Shown: positions 36,173-44,389 of the stretch, in pieces
Layout of the letters: every line of letters starts with the position of its first letter
How positions within the stretch are numbered: the stretch's first letter is position 1
Source: an uncultured bacterium
GTDB lineage: Bacteria; Fermentibacterota; Fermentibacteria; Fermentibacterales; JCC-6
Assembly: GCA_964386635.1 (NCBI GenBank)
Contig: CAYLRO010000006.1
Span: 11,170-75,169 of the forward strand
Length of the DNA stretch: 64,000 nt
Reading direction: 5' to 3'
Made by a program: the position numbers and the translations under genes
Notes under the pieces: generated by a model
What the model saw: the letters and a program-made list of their open reading frames with translations, nothing else
The model's database searches: none
Told to the model about the DNA's origin: nothing

Positions 36173-37024
36173 TCAAACCTCCGGTTCGATGATTACATTA
36201 TCTATCAGTCTGGTCTTCCCTGCGAACACAGCCGCAGCAAGAAGAACTTTTTCCTTTACCGTTTCCACTTTCTCCATTGTGAAAGGGTCAACAGCGTCAA
36301 CATACTGTATTTTCAGAAGAGGCATCTTCTCCACCTCTTCCCGGAACGCCTGTTTCAGTTCAGAACACTCTTTTTCCCCACCTCGGGCAAGTTCAGCCGC
36401 AGCAAGAAGCCCCCTGCGAACAGCAGTCGCCTGTTCTCTTTCATCAACAGAGAGATATGCGTTTCTGCTGCTCATTGCAAGACCATCTGCTTCCCGGACA
36501 ATGGGAGCGGAAAGAATATTCACTCCCAGACGAAGGTCGGCATTCATCCGGCGCAGAACAGACAGCTGCTGGTAATCCTTCTCACCGAATACTGCAATAT
36601 CAGGCTTTATAATCCCGAAAAGAACCGCAACCACCGTTGCCACTCCGGCAAAGTGGTCAGGTCTGAACTTTCCGCAAAGACCCCGGGTCAAACCGGCAAG
36701 CCTGATCTCTGTGGAAAATCCAACTGGATAAACCACTTCAGGAACAGGTGTAAACACAGCTGCAGCACCAAGCTCATCCAGAAGAGAACAATCCTTTGAA
36801 AGCACCCTGGGATAACTGTCCAGGTCTTCGCCTTCTCCGAACTGAGTGGGGTTTACAAATATGCTCACTACCACCCTGTCGGAATGTCTGCCAGCCAGTT
36901 CAACAAGCTTAAGATGACCGGCATGGAGGGCACCCATGGTAGGAACGAATCCCACATTGAGCCCCCTGGACCGCCAGTTGGAACACAGTGAAGACATCTC
37001 CTTCTCTGTGGTAATCACTCTCAA
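36173..37024 (-). CDS. panC: Pantoate--beta-alanine ligase
   Basis: 283 aa. VGFVPTMGALHAGHLKLV HIGH-type motif of PanC. Confidence 0.88.
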   Translation of the reverse strand: MRVITTEKEMSSLCSNWRSRGLNVGFVPTMGALHAGHLKLVELAGRHSDRVVVSIFVNPTQFGEGEDLDSYPRVLSKDCSLLDELGAAAVFTPVPEVVYPVGFSTEIRLAGLTRGLCGKFRPDHFAGVATVVAVLFGIIKPDIAVFGEKDYQQLSVLRRMNADLRLGVNILSAPIVREADGLAMSSRNAYLSVDEREQATAVRRGLLAAAELARGGEKECSELKQAFREEVEKMPLLKIQYVDAVDPFTMEKVETVKEKVLLAAAVFAGKTRLIDNVIIEPEV

Positions 37025-37674
37025 ATCCTCAAACCTCCATCTGCTGAGGGATTAAATCCCTGCAGACCTCCCGGGTGTTCAAGCACCGCATCAACCAGCC
37101 GCTCGAACGCTTCCGTGTCTTTTCTGAAATCCACATTATCCGTGTTAACCACCAGAACAGGATATGACCTGTCATGAAGAAACCATCGGTTGTAGGAATC
37201 AACCAGTTCATCCAGCCAGTTCCTGTCCATATCTCTCTCGAAACTCCTGCCGAATCTGTTTATCCTGTCCAGAAGAACTCCGGTGGATGCCTGCAGATAC
37301 ACCACAAGATCAGGTGCCGGAGCAGGAGAAACCAGCTGCCCGGCAAGTTTTTCGTACAGGGACCACTCCTGCGCTGAAAGACTGACCCGGGCAAAGATCA
37401 GACCTTTCCCGTACAGAAAATCTGAGATCAGAAATCTGCTGAACAGGTCAGGCTGGGCAAGTCCGGACTGTCTGGCATACCTGGCCAGAAGAAATGAGAC
37501 CTGCGCCTGAAATCCATACTTGGTCCTGTCCCTGTAGAATAACGGCAGAAACGGGTTCTCACCGGTTTCTTCAAGAATAACTCTTCCTTCGAGCCGTTCT
37601 CCAAGCCTTCCGGCAAGAAAAGTCTTCCCAACCCCTACAGGTCCTTCAACCACGAGGTATCTTCCATTCCTCAA
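37021..37674 (-). CDS. Deoxynucleoside kinase
   Basis: 217 aa. P-loop VVEGPVGVGKTF. dNK/dCK/dGK family layout. Confidence 0.75.
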   Translation of the reverse strand: MRNGRYLVVEGPVGVGKTFLAGRLGERLEGRVILEETGENPFLPLFYRDRTKYGFQAQVSFLLARYARQSGLAQPDLFSRFLISDFLYGKGLIFARVSLSAQEWSLYEKLAGQLVSPAPAPDLVVYLQASTGVLLDRINRFGRSFERDMDRNWLDELVDSYNRWFLHDRSYPVLVVNTDNVDFRKDTEAFERLVDAVLEHPGGLQGFNPSADGGLRI

Positions 37675-37691
37675 ACGGGTTCATCTCCCTG

Positions 37692-38192
37692 TCAGTATCC
37701 GTCCAGAGTACCCTGGAATATAATGGATGAACAGTCATTTACATTAAAAAGAAGCTCCCGGGGGCTTGATTCCATTCCCGGTATCACATCAGACCATACT
37801 TCTGACAGGGGAATCAGTACGAACTTTCTCAGGGAGAGACGGGGATGCGGAAGTACAAGTTCCGGATGTGAAACTCCCCCCTGCAGAAAAAGAACATCAA
37901 CATCCATAAACCGGGCACAGCCATCCTTTGAGACAGGAGAACCGGATGCTTTCTCAAGACTGCGGCACAACTCAAGAAGCTCCATATCTTCCCCGTACCA
38001 GCAACCGGAAACAGCGGCATTCAGGAAATCTCCGCCGGAAACATCTCCCCAGGGCGGAGTTGAATAGACGCAGGACACCTTCAAACGGTAGATCCTGGCA
38101 TCATCTGCAAGAGAATCAACACAATTCTGCAGAGCAGCGTGCACATCTCCGAGATTCCCCCCCAGCCCAAGGGCAAACGGTCTAGCTTTCAA
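37692..38192 (-). CDS. folK: 2-amino-4-hydroxy-6-hydroxymethyldihydropteridine pyrophosphokinase
   Basis: 166 aa. N-terminus ALGLGGNLGD… and a …YSTPPWG… block typical of HPPK. Confidence 0.82.
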   Translation of the reverse strand: MKARPFALGLGGNLGDVHAALQNCVDSLADDARIYRLKVSCVYSTPPWGDVSGGDFLNAAVSGCWYGEDMELLELCRSLEKASGSPVSKDGCARFMDVDVLFLQGGVSHPELVLPHPRLSLRKFVLIPLSEVWSDVIPGMESSPRELLFNVNDCSSIIFQGTLDGY

Positions 38193-38535
38193 CAGTTACC
38201 GATGCGGCACGAAGGGGTAATTCCGTGGGAGGTTGCAGCTTATGCACTGTAACAGTCCATCCCCCTGGCCATCTGCTCTCCAGCAGATCCAGTATATCTG
38301 CAGCCAGGTCCTCTATGTAGAGGTATTCAGGGGAAAGCTCGGAAGAAAGAAGAGAGCACACCATAGAGTAGTCAACTGATGGTTCACCATTTTCCATCAG
38401 GACACCTCTGCGGGTAATGTCAACCGGAACCTTCCTGGTCTCCAGCCTCTCAAACTTGTGGACTCCCAGCTTCAGAACAAGCCCGATCTCAGAGAGAGAG
38501 AGCAGCCCTGTCAGTCTGCGGGTTTCTTCAGCCAT
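38182..38535 (-). CDS. folB: Dihydroneopterin aldolase
   Basis: 117 aa. Immediately upstream of and overlapping folK. Size and conserved Glu/Lys pattern consistent with FolB. Confidence 0.7.
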   Translation of the reverse strand: MAEETRRLTGLLSLSEIGLVLKLGVHKFERLETRKVPVDITRRGVLMENGEPSVDYSMVCSLLSSELSPEYLYIEDLAADILDLLESRWPGGWTVTVHKLQPPTELPLRAASVTVES

Positions 38536-39761
38536 TTCAGAAGCCTTCCCTTTTTAAGCTCCATCTGCTCAAGACGACCGACTGCCTGATGTATACGCGG
38601 TGAGGGAATGGTAAGGGCAAATCTGACAAATCCCTCTCCCCATGTGCCGAACCCGCTTCCGGGAGTTACAACAATTCCAGCCTGATTGATCATCTTCCTT
38701 GCAAAAACCATGGAGTCTGCTCCTCTGGGAAGCTTCACCCACACGTAAAAGGTTCCCGGTGAATCGAACACATCCCAGCCCAGGTTCTCAAGACCGTCAA
38801 CAAGAACTTTCCTCCTCTCCCGGTAGACCTCAAGTCTTTCGTGAAAGGAAGAGATGTCCATCCTCATTGCAACAGCGCCTGCCTTCTGTATAGCGGTGAA
38901 GGCTCCCGAGTCTATATTCTCTTTGGCTCCCATGAATGTGTTCACAAGATCAGCACCGCCGGCAACAAATCCTATACGCCATCCGGTCATGTTGAATGTT
39001 TTGGACAGGCTGTGAAACTCAAGCACAACATCCTCGGCTCCCGGCACCTGGAGAAAGCTCATGGGCTTCTCGCCGTCAAATCTTATGTGGCTGTAGGAAT
39101 TGTCACTTGCCAGAAGCAGGTTGTTTGCCCTGGAAAAGTCTACCATCTGTTTCATCTGATCATAGCTGAGAACAGCACCTGTAGGATTGTTTGGATAGTT
39201 CAGAAAAATGACCTTTGCTTCCCGGAGAACTGCAGGAGGAATCCTGTCAAAATCAGGCAGAAATCCGTTCTCGCCAAGCAGTGGCAGATCAACGGGAATA
39301 GCGTCTGCCAGTATTGCTGAAGCCCTGTAGACCGGATAACCGGGATTTGGTACAAGGACAAGGTCTCCCCTGTTGCAGAATACCATGGGTACATGAGCTA
39401 TTCCCTCTTTGGAGCCGATGAGTGCTGCAGTAGTGCACTGCACATCAAACTGGTTCTGCATCCATTCCCGGCAAGCCTCTCTGTAGAAATCACTTCCGGC
39501 ACCATTTGGATATCTGTGATAAGCCGGTTCAGCCATTGCAGCCTGTCCAGCTTCAATGATCTCCGGAGGAGTCGGTATATCCGGGTCACCGATCCCGAAA
39601 TCTATAAGGTCAAGGCCGCGTTTCCTGGCGGTATTCTTCTGTCTGTCAAGTTCAGCGAACAGGTACGGCGGCAGTTTGCTCAGTCTCTCTGAAGCACTGA
39701 TCAGAGGCTTTTTGTTCACAGGGTCTCCTTTCGTCTTTAGTACCGCAATATAGTACAACAA
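38511..39761 (-). CDS. Class I/II pyridoxal-phosphate aminotransferase (possibly LL-diaminopimelate aminotransferase-like)
   Basis: 416 aa. N-terminus KLPPYLFAELD…LIDFGIGDPD typical of the AAT-like fold. Internal SLSKTFNMTGWRIG contains the PLP-binding Lys. Confidence 0.75.
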   Translation of the reverse strand: MLYYIAVLKTKGDPVNKKPLISASERLSKLPPYLFAELDRQKNTARKRGLDLIDFGIGDPDIPTPPEIIEAGQAAMAEPAYHRYPNGAGSDFYREACREWMQNQFDVQCTTAALIGSKEGIAHVPMVFCNRGDLVLVPNPGYPVYRASAILADAIPVDLPLLGENGFLPDFDRIPPAVLREAKVIFLNYPNNPTGAVLSYDQMKQMVDFSRANNLLLASDNSYSHIRFDGEKPMSFLQVPGAEDVVLEFHSLSKTFNMTGWRIGFVAGGADLVNTFMGAKENIDSGAFTAIQKAGAVAMRMDISSFHERLEVYRERRKVLVDGLENLGWDVFDSPGTFYVWVKLPRGADSMVFARKMINQAGIVVTPGSGFGTWGEGFVRFALTIPSPRIHQAVGRLEQMELKKGRLLKWLKKPAD

Positions 39762-39804
39762 TGAACTTGTTAAAAATCCCTAAACAGACTGGACAGGCAG
39801 CACA

Positions 39805-42081
39805 ATGCTGATCCCCTTTGATCAGGAAAACGGTACGGTAAGATCAGCAATAAAGGTGCTTATCGGCCTCTGCCGTCCACCTGATACATTAAGATCCGGT
39901 GAACAGTCAATAGATATCAGAACCAGGCAGAAGGAACACACCCGCAAGCAGATGGAGCTTGCGGAAGAAAGAGAGTGTTCAACAGAAGTCCCTGTGGTTA
40001 TGGCAGTAACAAGGAACACCATAAACTTCGTTATTACAGGCAGAGCAGACCTTATCTCTGCAGACAACACCGTTATCGAAGTAAAAACCTCTCAGCCTCT
40101 TCCTGAAAAACCAGCTGCTCATCACATCCTTCAGGTTCTTTTCTACAGGGAAGCTCTCAACATCCACAGAGCTGCACTGGTCTATACTGATCCGGATACC
40201 AGGGAATCAAGGGAGTTCGAGCTGGATGAACAGGAGGGAACAGAGATATGGCAAAGCTTCCTGGAGGATGTATCACTGTTTGTCAGGGAGGAATGGGAAA
40301 GGCACAAAGAGCTTGAAAAAAACCTGAAAACCTTCAGTTTTCCCTTTGAAGACATAAGACCGGGACAACAGGAGATAATCGACAGAGTGATGGAAAACGG
40401 CACTGAAAAAGGCGAGCTTCTCATGCAGGCTCCTACGGGAACAGGCAAAACAGTTGCAGTTCTGGCAGGGGCAATACCTCCTGCAGTGAAAAACTGGAAC
40501 ATCCTCTTCTTCCTCACAGCGAAGAACACCCAGAAGAACATCCTTTCAGAAACAATGGAGAGGATCATCGACAGGGGATTTCACTTCAGAACAATCATCA
40601 TCTCATCAAGGGAAAATTCATGCCCCATGGAGATGGAGAACTGCAATCCTGAAGAATGCCCCTACGCAGATGTTTTCGGCCCCAGAATAAGAGAAACAGG
40701 TGTGGTGGAGGAACTCACAGAGCGGATACTCATCACTCCTGAACTGATTTTCGAAAAAGCGGTTGAGGCGGAAGTCTGCCCGTTCGAGCTTTCTCTGTAC
40801 ATCTCTCAAAGATGCGACCTTGTTGCCTGTGACTACAATTACGTGTTTGATCCGGGTATCCAGTTGAGAAGATTCTTTGCGGATGATGCCACTGCAGCAA
40901 GATGCGCCATTCTGGTTGACGAGGCAGCCAACCTTCCGGAAAGGGTCAGAGGCATCTGGTCGCCGGAGCTGCGCACATCATGGATGGAAAAAACCTGGAA
41001 ACATGCCAGAGGCAACAGAAGAATGCAGAATCTGCTCCGTCCATGGAGAAAGCTCCTGCAGGCGTATGCAGAAGATCCATGGCCTCACGGAAAGAACGAA
41101 ATCAAGCTCTCTGATGAAGTCAAACTCCCTGGAATAGACCGGAGAAGGTGGCAGAAGATAATGGCCGCAGGCGCTGATGCTCCCAGAGAGACAGGTCTTC
41201 TGTGCAGATCGATCAACGTTTTCTCACGAGTATCCGAGCGTCTGGATGAAAGGTTCCATCTTCTTGCAGAAAAAGACGGCAGCGATACCCTTATCAGATA
41301 CTTCTGCACCGATCCATCCCTTTTCATCACAGAGGAACATGTCAGGTGTTCTTCAATATCATGCTTCAGCGCCACACTGGAACCCATGACCCATTTTGCA
41401 AACGAGCTCGGGCTCACCGATGAGCACTCTGCAAGGGCTGTGGGATGGCCATTCCCAGGGGAAAACCTGAAGGTGTGGGTAGACACAGGGATCAACACCA
41501 GATACCGGTTCAGAGATCAGCAGACAGCAAAAATTCTGAACCGTCTGAAAGGGGCCAGAGAAAAGACACCTGGAACCTGGATGGTGTTCTTCCCGTCATT
41601 TGCCTGGATGGAGAAAATAGTTCTTGCAGCAGGAGACAGTGGCATTGATCTCATTGCACAAAAACGAGAAATGACCACCTCTGAAAGAGAAGACTTCAGA
41701 GAGCAGATCAACTCCGGCGACCACCTGGTTCTGGCAGTTGCAGGAGGACTTTTTGCCGAGGGTGTGGACCTTTCGATCCCTGACCTGAGAGGGTGCTTCA
41801 TCGCCGGCCCTTCCCTTCCTTCAATATCACTGAAGCAGGATCTTCTGAAGGAACGGTACGAGGAAACAGGCAGAAACGGTTTCCTGCATGCCTTCGCTAT
41901 CCCGGGAATAAACAGGGTCATACAGGCAGCAGGCAGACTGATAAGAAACAGCGAACAGAAGGCGGATCTTATCCTCATGGGAGAACGATTCATCAGAGAT
42001 CCCTATTTCAGCCATCTGCCTGAACACTGGTTTCCTCTGCGAGTTATCAGAAATAGGAAAGTTACTCTTAAATACAGGTAA
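39805..42081 (+). CDS. Fusion protein: N-terminal RecB/Cas4-family PD-(D/E)XK nuclease domain plus XPD/DinG/Rad3-like Fe-S SF2 DNA helicase
   Basis: 758 aa. Residues ~80-125 carry GRADLIS…VIEVKTS…QVLFY (motif II D, E-x-K, Q-x3-Y). The helicase core starts …RPGQQEII…QAPTGTGKT (Walker A), with DEAA motif II (ILVDEAANL) and motif VI QAAGRLIR. A 4-Cys Fe-S insertion (CPMEMENCNPEECPY … CPFE…C) follows Walker A as in XPD/DinG. Confidence 0.75.
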   Translation: MLIPFDQENGTVRSAIKVLIGLCRPPDTLRSGEQSIDIRTRQKEHTRKQMELAEERECSTEVPVVMAVTRNTINFVITGRADLISADNTVIEVKTSQPLPEKPAAHHILQVLFYREALNIHRAALVYTDPDTRESREFELDEQEGTEIWQSFLEDVSLFVREEWERHKELEKNLKTFSFPFEDIRPGQQEIIDRVMENGTEKGELLMQAPTGTGKTVAVLAGAIPPAVKNWNILFFLTAKNTQKNILSETMERIIDRGFHFRTIIISSRENSCPMEMENCNPEECPYADVFGPRIRETGVVEELTERILITPELIFEKAVEAEVCPFELSLYISQRCDLVACDYNYVFDPGIQLRRFFADDATAARCAILVDEAANLPERVRGIWSPELRTSWMEKTWKHARGNRRMQNLLRPWRKLLQAYAEDPWPHGKNEIKLSDEVKLPGIDRRRWQKIMAAGADAPRETGLLCRSINVFSRVSERLDERFHLLAEKDGSDTLIRYFCTDPSLFITEEHVRCSSISCFSATLEPMTHFANELGLTDEHSARAVGWPFPGENLKVWVDTGINTRYRFRDQQTAKILNRLKGAREKTPGTWMVFFPSFAWMEKIVLAAGDSGIDLIAQKREMTTSEREDFREQINSGDHLVLAVAGGLFAEGVDLSIPDLRGCFIAGPSLPSISLKQDLLKERYEETGRNGFLHAFAIPGINRVIQAAGRLIRNSEQKADLILMGERFIRDPYFSHLPEHWFPLRVIRNRKVTLKYR

Positions 42082-42098
42082 TAATAGATGTAATACTG

Positions 42099-42127
42099 TT
42101 GACTCGCCCTGTGCATTCCTCTATTAT
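42099..42127 (+). promoter_or_regulatory. Sigma-70-like promoter for paralog A (TTGACT-17 bp-TATTAT) with downstream AAGGAGG RBS
   Basis: TTGACT at 42099-42104, 17-nt spacer, TATTAT at 42122-42127. RBS AAGGAGG at 42152-42158, six nt before the ATG at 42164. Confidence 0.6.
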
Positions 42128-42163
42128 CAAAAGTAATACGCTCTGTATTTCAAGGAGGTTATA

Positions 42164-43234
42164 ATGATTTATCTCTTTATTACTCTTCTTACATGTGTTG
42201 CTGGAACAAACCACGATGTCTTGAGGCCGGATTCTTATCAGAACATACCCATCACTGTGCAAAACATCTGGCAAATCCCTTATGCAACAGACATTCAGGA
42301 CATTTCTCTCAGGGATCAGTACCTTGTGATAAGAAGCAACGCCGACAGGAAACTCTATCTGGCAGACAAGTATGACTGCAGCCTTCTGGAAGAGATTCAG
42401 GTACCGGCATTTGCAGACGGTTTCGGAGTGGCTGTAAGCAGCAGCGGACCCTGTGAATACTACATAAACTCCTGGGATGTACCAGAAATCCTGTGTTATG
42501 ACAGCTCAGATACCTGGAGCTCATTCTCAAATCCCGCTGGTACTTCCGGTTCAGGGATGAATCTGAACTTCACAGGAGGACCTGAGCTGTATGAAGCCTC
42601 AGCACAGAGTCCTTATCAGTTCTACGGCATCGAATCAGCCGGCAGCTACTGCATTTATCCCCTGAGCGGGATAACCGGTGAAATCAGCGGATTCATGCCC
42701 CACGGATTAACTACTGACCAGGTGGAGCCGCCATCAGCAGCCATTGTTGCAACAAGACTGGGGCATGAATTCTTCTTCTATATGCAATCCAGCGGAAGTA
42801 TGAACCTGTACGCTCAGGAACCGTGCCCGATCACTGTATTGCAGTCACTGGGCCTTGTATGGGATCCCATGGACTTCTCTGTCTACTGGAGCTATCAGGG
42901 GCTGGACAGTCTTTATTATGTGGCCAGACTGGAAATATCCATTTTCGGGGACATTGAAGATGAGGCAACAGGCATATCAGGCATCAGCTCAGTTCTCAAT
43001 ATTACAAGCAATCCTGCACAGGGCTCTGCAAACTTCACTGTAAACCTTAATGAACCGGCATTTGCTGTTCTTGACGTTTATGATGTATCCGGAAGGCTGG
43101 TTGAAACCCTCCAGTCCGGAGAACTTTCGTCAGGACTAAGCACATTCAGCTTTGATGCTCCTCCAGGGTTGTACATTTCTGTTCTCAGAAGCAGTGAACA
43201 AGTTCAGCATCTGAGGTTTGTTATTTCTGAATAA
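42164..43234 (+). CDS. Secreted protein of unknown function with T9SS-type C-terminal sorting domain (paralog A)
   Basis: 356 aa. N-terminal hydrophobic signal. Shared motifs with the downstream paralog: IPYATDIQDI and IRSNAD-K-YLAD. C-terminal ~90 aa is a CTD-like beta-sandwich. Confidence 0.7.
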   Translation: MIYLFITLLTCVAGTNHDVLRPDSYQNIPITVQNIWQIPYATDIQDISLRDQYLVIRSNADRKLYLADKYDCSLLEEIQVPAFADGFGVAVSSSGPCEYYINSWDVPEILCYDSSDTWSSFSNPAGTSGSGMNLNFTGGPELYEASAQSPYQFYGIESAGSYCIYPLSGITGEISGFMPHGLTTDQVEPPSAAIVATRLGHEFFFYMQSSGSMNLYAQEPCPITVLQSLGLVWDPMDFSVYWSYQGLDSLYYVARLEISIFGDIEDEATGISGISSVLNITSNPAQGSANFTVNLNEPAFAVLDVYDVSGRLVETLQSGELSSGLSTFSFDAPPGLYISVLRSSEQVQHLRFVISE

Positions 43235-43284
43235 ACTATCATGTTGATACAGTATTATTCAGATCATAGAGCATTGAATACTTC

Positions 43285-43313
43285 TTGACAGCAGCTCAAT
43301 TCCTGCTCATTAT
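43285..43313 (+). promoter_or_regulatory. Sigma-70-like promoter for paralog B (TTGACA-17 bp-CATTAT)
   Basis: TTGACA at 43285-43290. CATTAT/TATAAA at 43308-43316. RBS AAGGGGGAG just upstream of the ATG at 43348. Confidence 0.55.
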
Positions 43314-43347
43314 AAACAGCGCGCCTTAACAGTAAAGGGGGAGTTAC

Positions 43348-44382
43348 ATGATCTCGCTGTTAATTTTCTGCGTTCCATTATTTCAGGGAGTTTACATCGA
43401 GGTCGGCGACACTCACCCAATACCCTATGCGACGGATATCCAGGATATTTGTGTGGATAATCAGACCGCTGTTCTGGCCATCAGAAGCAACGCTGACGGG
43501 AAAATCTATCTGGCGGATAACCAGACATTCGAATACACATCAGAAATCAGCATGCCGTCAGGAATTGCCGGATTCGGATTAGCGGCTAACAACGGTAATT
43601 ACTACATTAACAGCGGAGCAGATGGTGGCATACTGACCTCGGACGGATCCGATTCCTGGAGCTATTTTCCAAGCCCTGCCGGGCCCACAGGAGCAGGGAT
43701 GGATTTCAGCTGGTCCGGCCCTGAATGCATCCTTGAAGCAACAGTTTCCACTCCCTGGAGATTTTACGCTATTGAGCCTGATGGAACAGCGTTTGACTAC
43801 TTCACTCTTCCGGGAATTACTGACGACATCAGCGGATTCATGGGGCATGAAATCTGTGCTGACTATGTTGACCCTCCAGGGGCTGCAATAGTTACAACCC
43901 GTCTGGGACAAGAGTTCTTCTTCTACATGAGTCAGGGTGGCAATCCAGATCTTTACGCCCAGGAACCGTGTCCTTTCCCGGTACAGGAATCTCTTGGACT
44001 TTCCTATCAGTTCAAAGGCATGAATGACGTTCTCTGGAGCTACAGGGATCTCGACGGAAACTACTGCATAGCAGAACTCTGGATCCCGGTGTTTGGCGAT
44101 ATTGAAGATGAGGCAACAGGCATATCAGGCATCAGCTCAGTTCTCAATATTACAAGCAATCCTGCACAGGGCTCTGCAAACTTCACTGTAAACCTTAATG
44201 AACCGGCATTTGCTGTTCTTGACGTTTATGATGTATCCGGAAGGCTGGTTGAAACCGTCCAGTCAGGCCAGCTGCCATCAGGGCTGAACAACCTGAGCTT
44301 TCAGAGCTCACCGGGGCTCTACCTTGCAGTGCTGAGAAGTAACGGCCAGGAGCAGACTCTGAAGTTCATGCTTACCAGATAG
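43348..44382 (+). CDS. Secreted protein of unknown function with T9SS-type C-terminal sorting domain (paralog B)
   Basis: 344 aa. Same N-terminal motifs as paralog A. The C-terminal region is encoded by DNA identical to paralog A over 156 bp (44101-44256 vs 42953-43108). Confidence 0.7.
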   Translation: MISLLIFCVPLFQGVYIEVGDTHPIPYATDIQDICVDNQTAVLAIRSNADGKIYLADNQTFEYTSEISMPSGIAGFGLAANNGNYYINSGADGGILTSDGSDSWSYFPSPAGPTGAGMDFSWSGPECILEATVSTPWRFYAIEPDGTAFDYFTLPGITDDISGFMGHEICADYVDPPGAAIVTTRLGQEFFFYMSQGGNPDLYAQEPCPFPVQESLGLSYQFKGMNDVLWSYRDLDGNYCIAELWIPVFGDIEDEATGISGISSVLNITSNPAQGSANFTVNLNEPAFAVLDVYDVSGRLVETVQSGQLPSGLNNLSFQSSPGLYLAVLRSNGQEQTLKFMLTR

Positions 44383-44389
44383 TTCTGCG

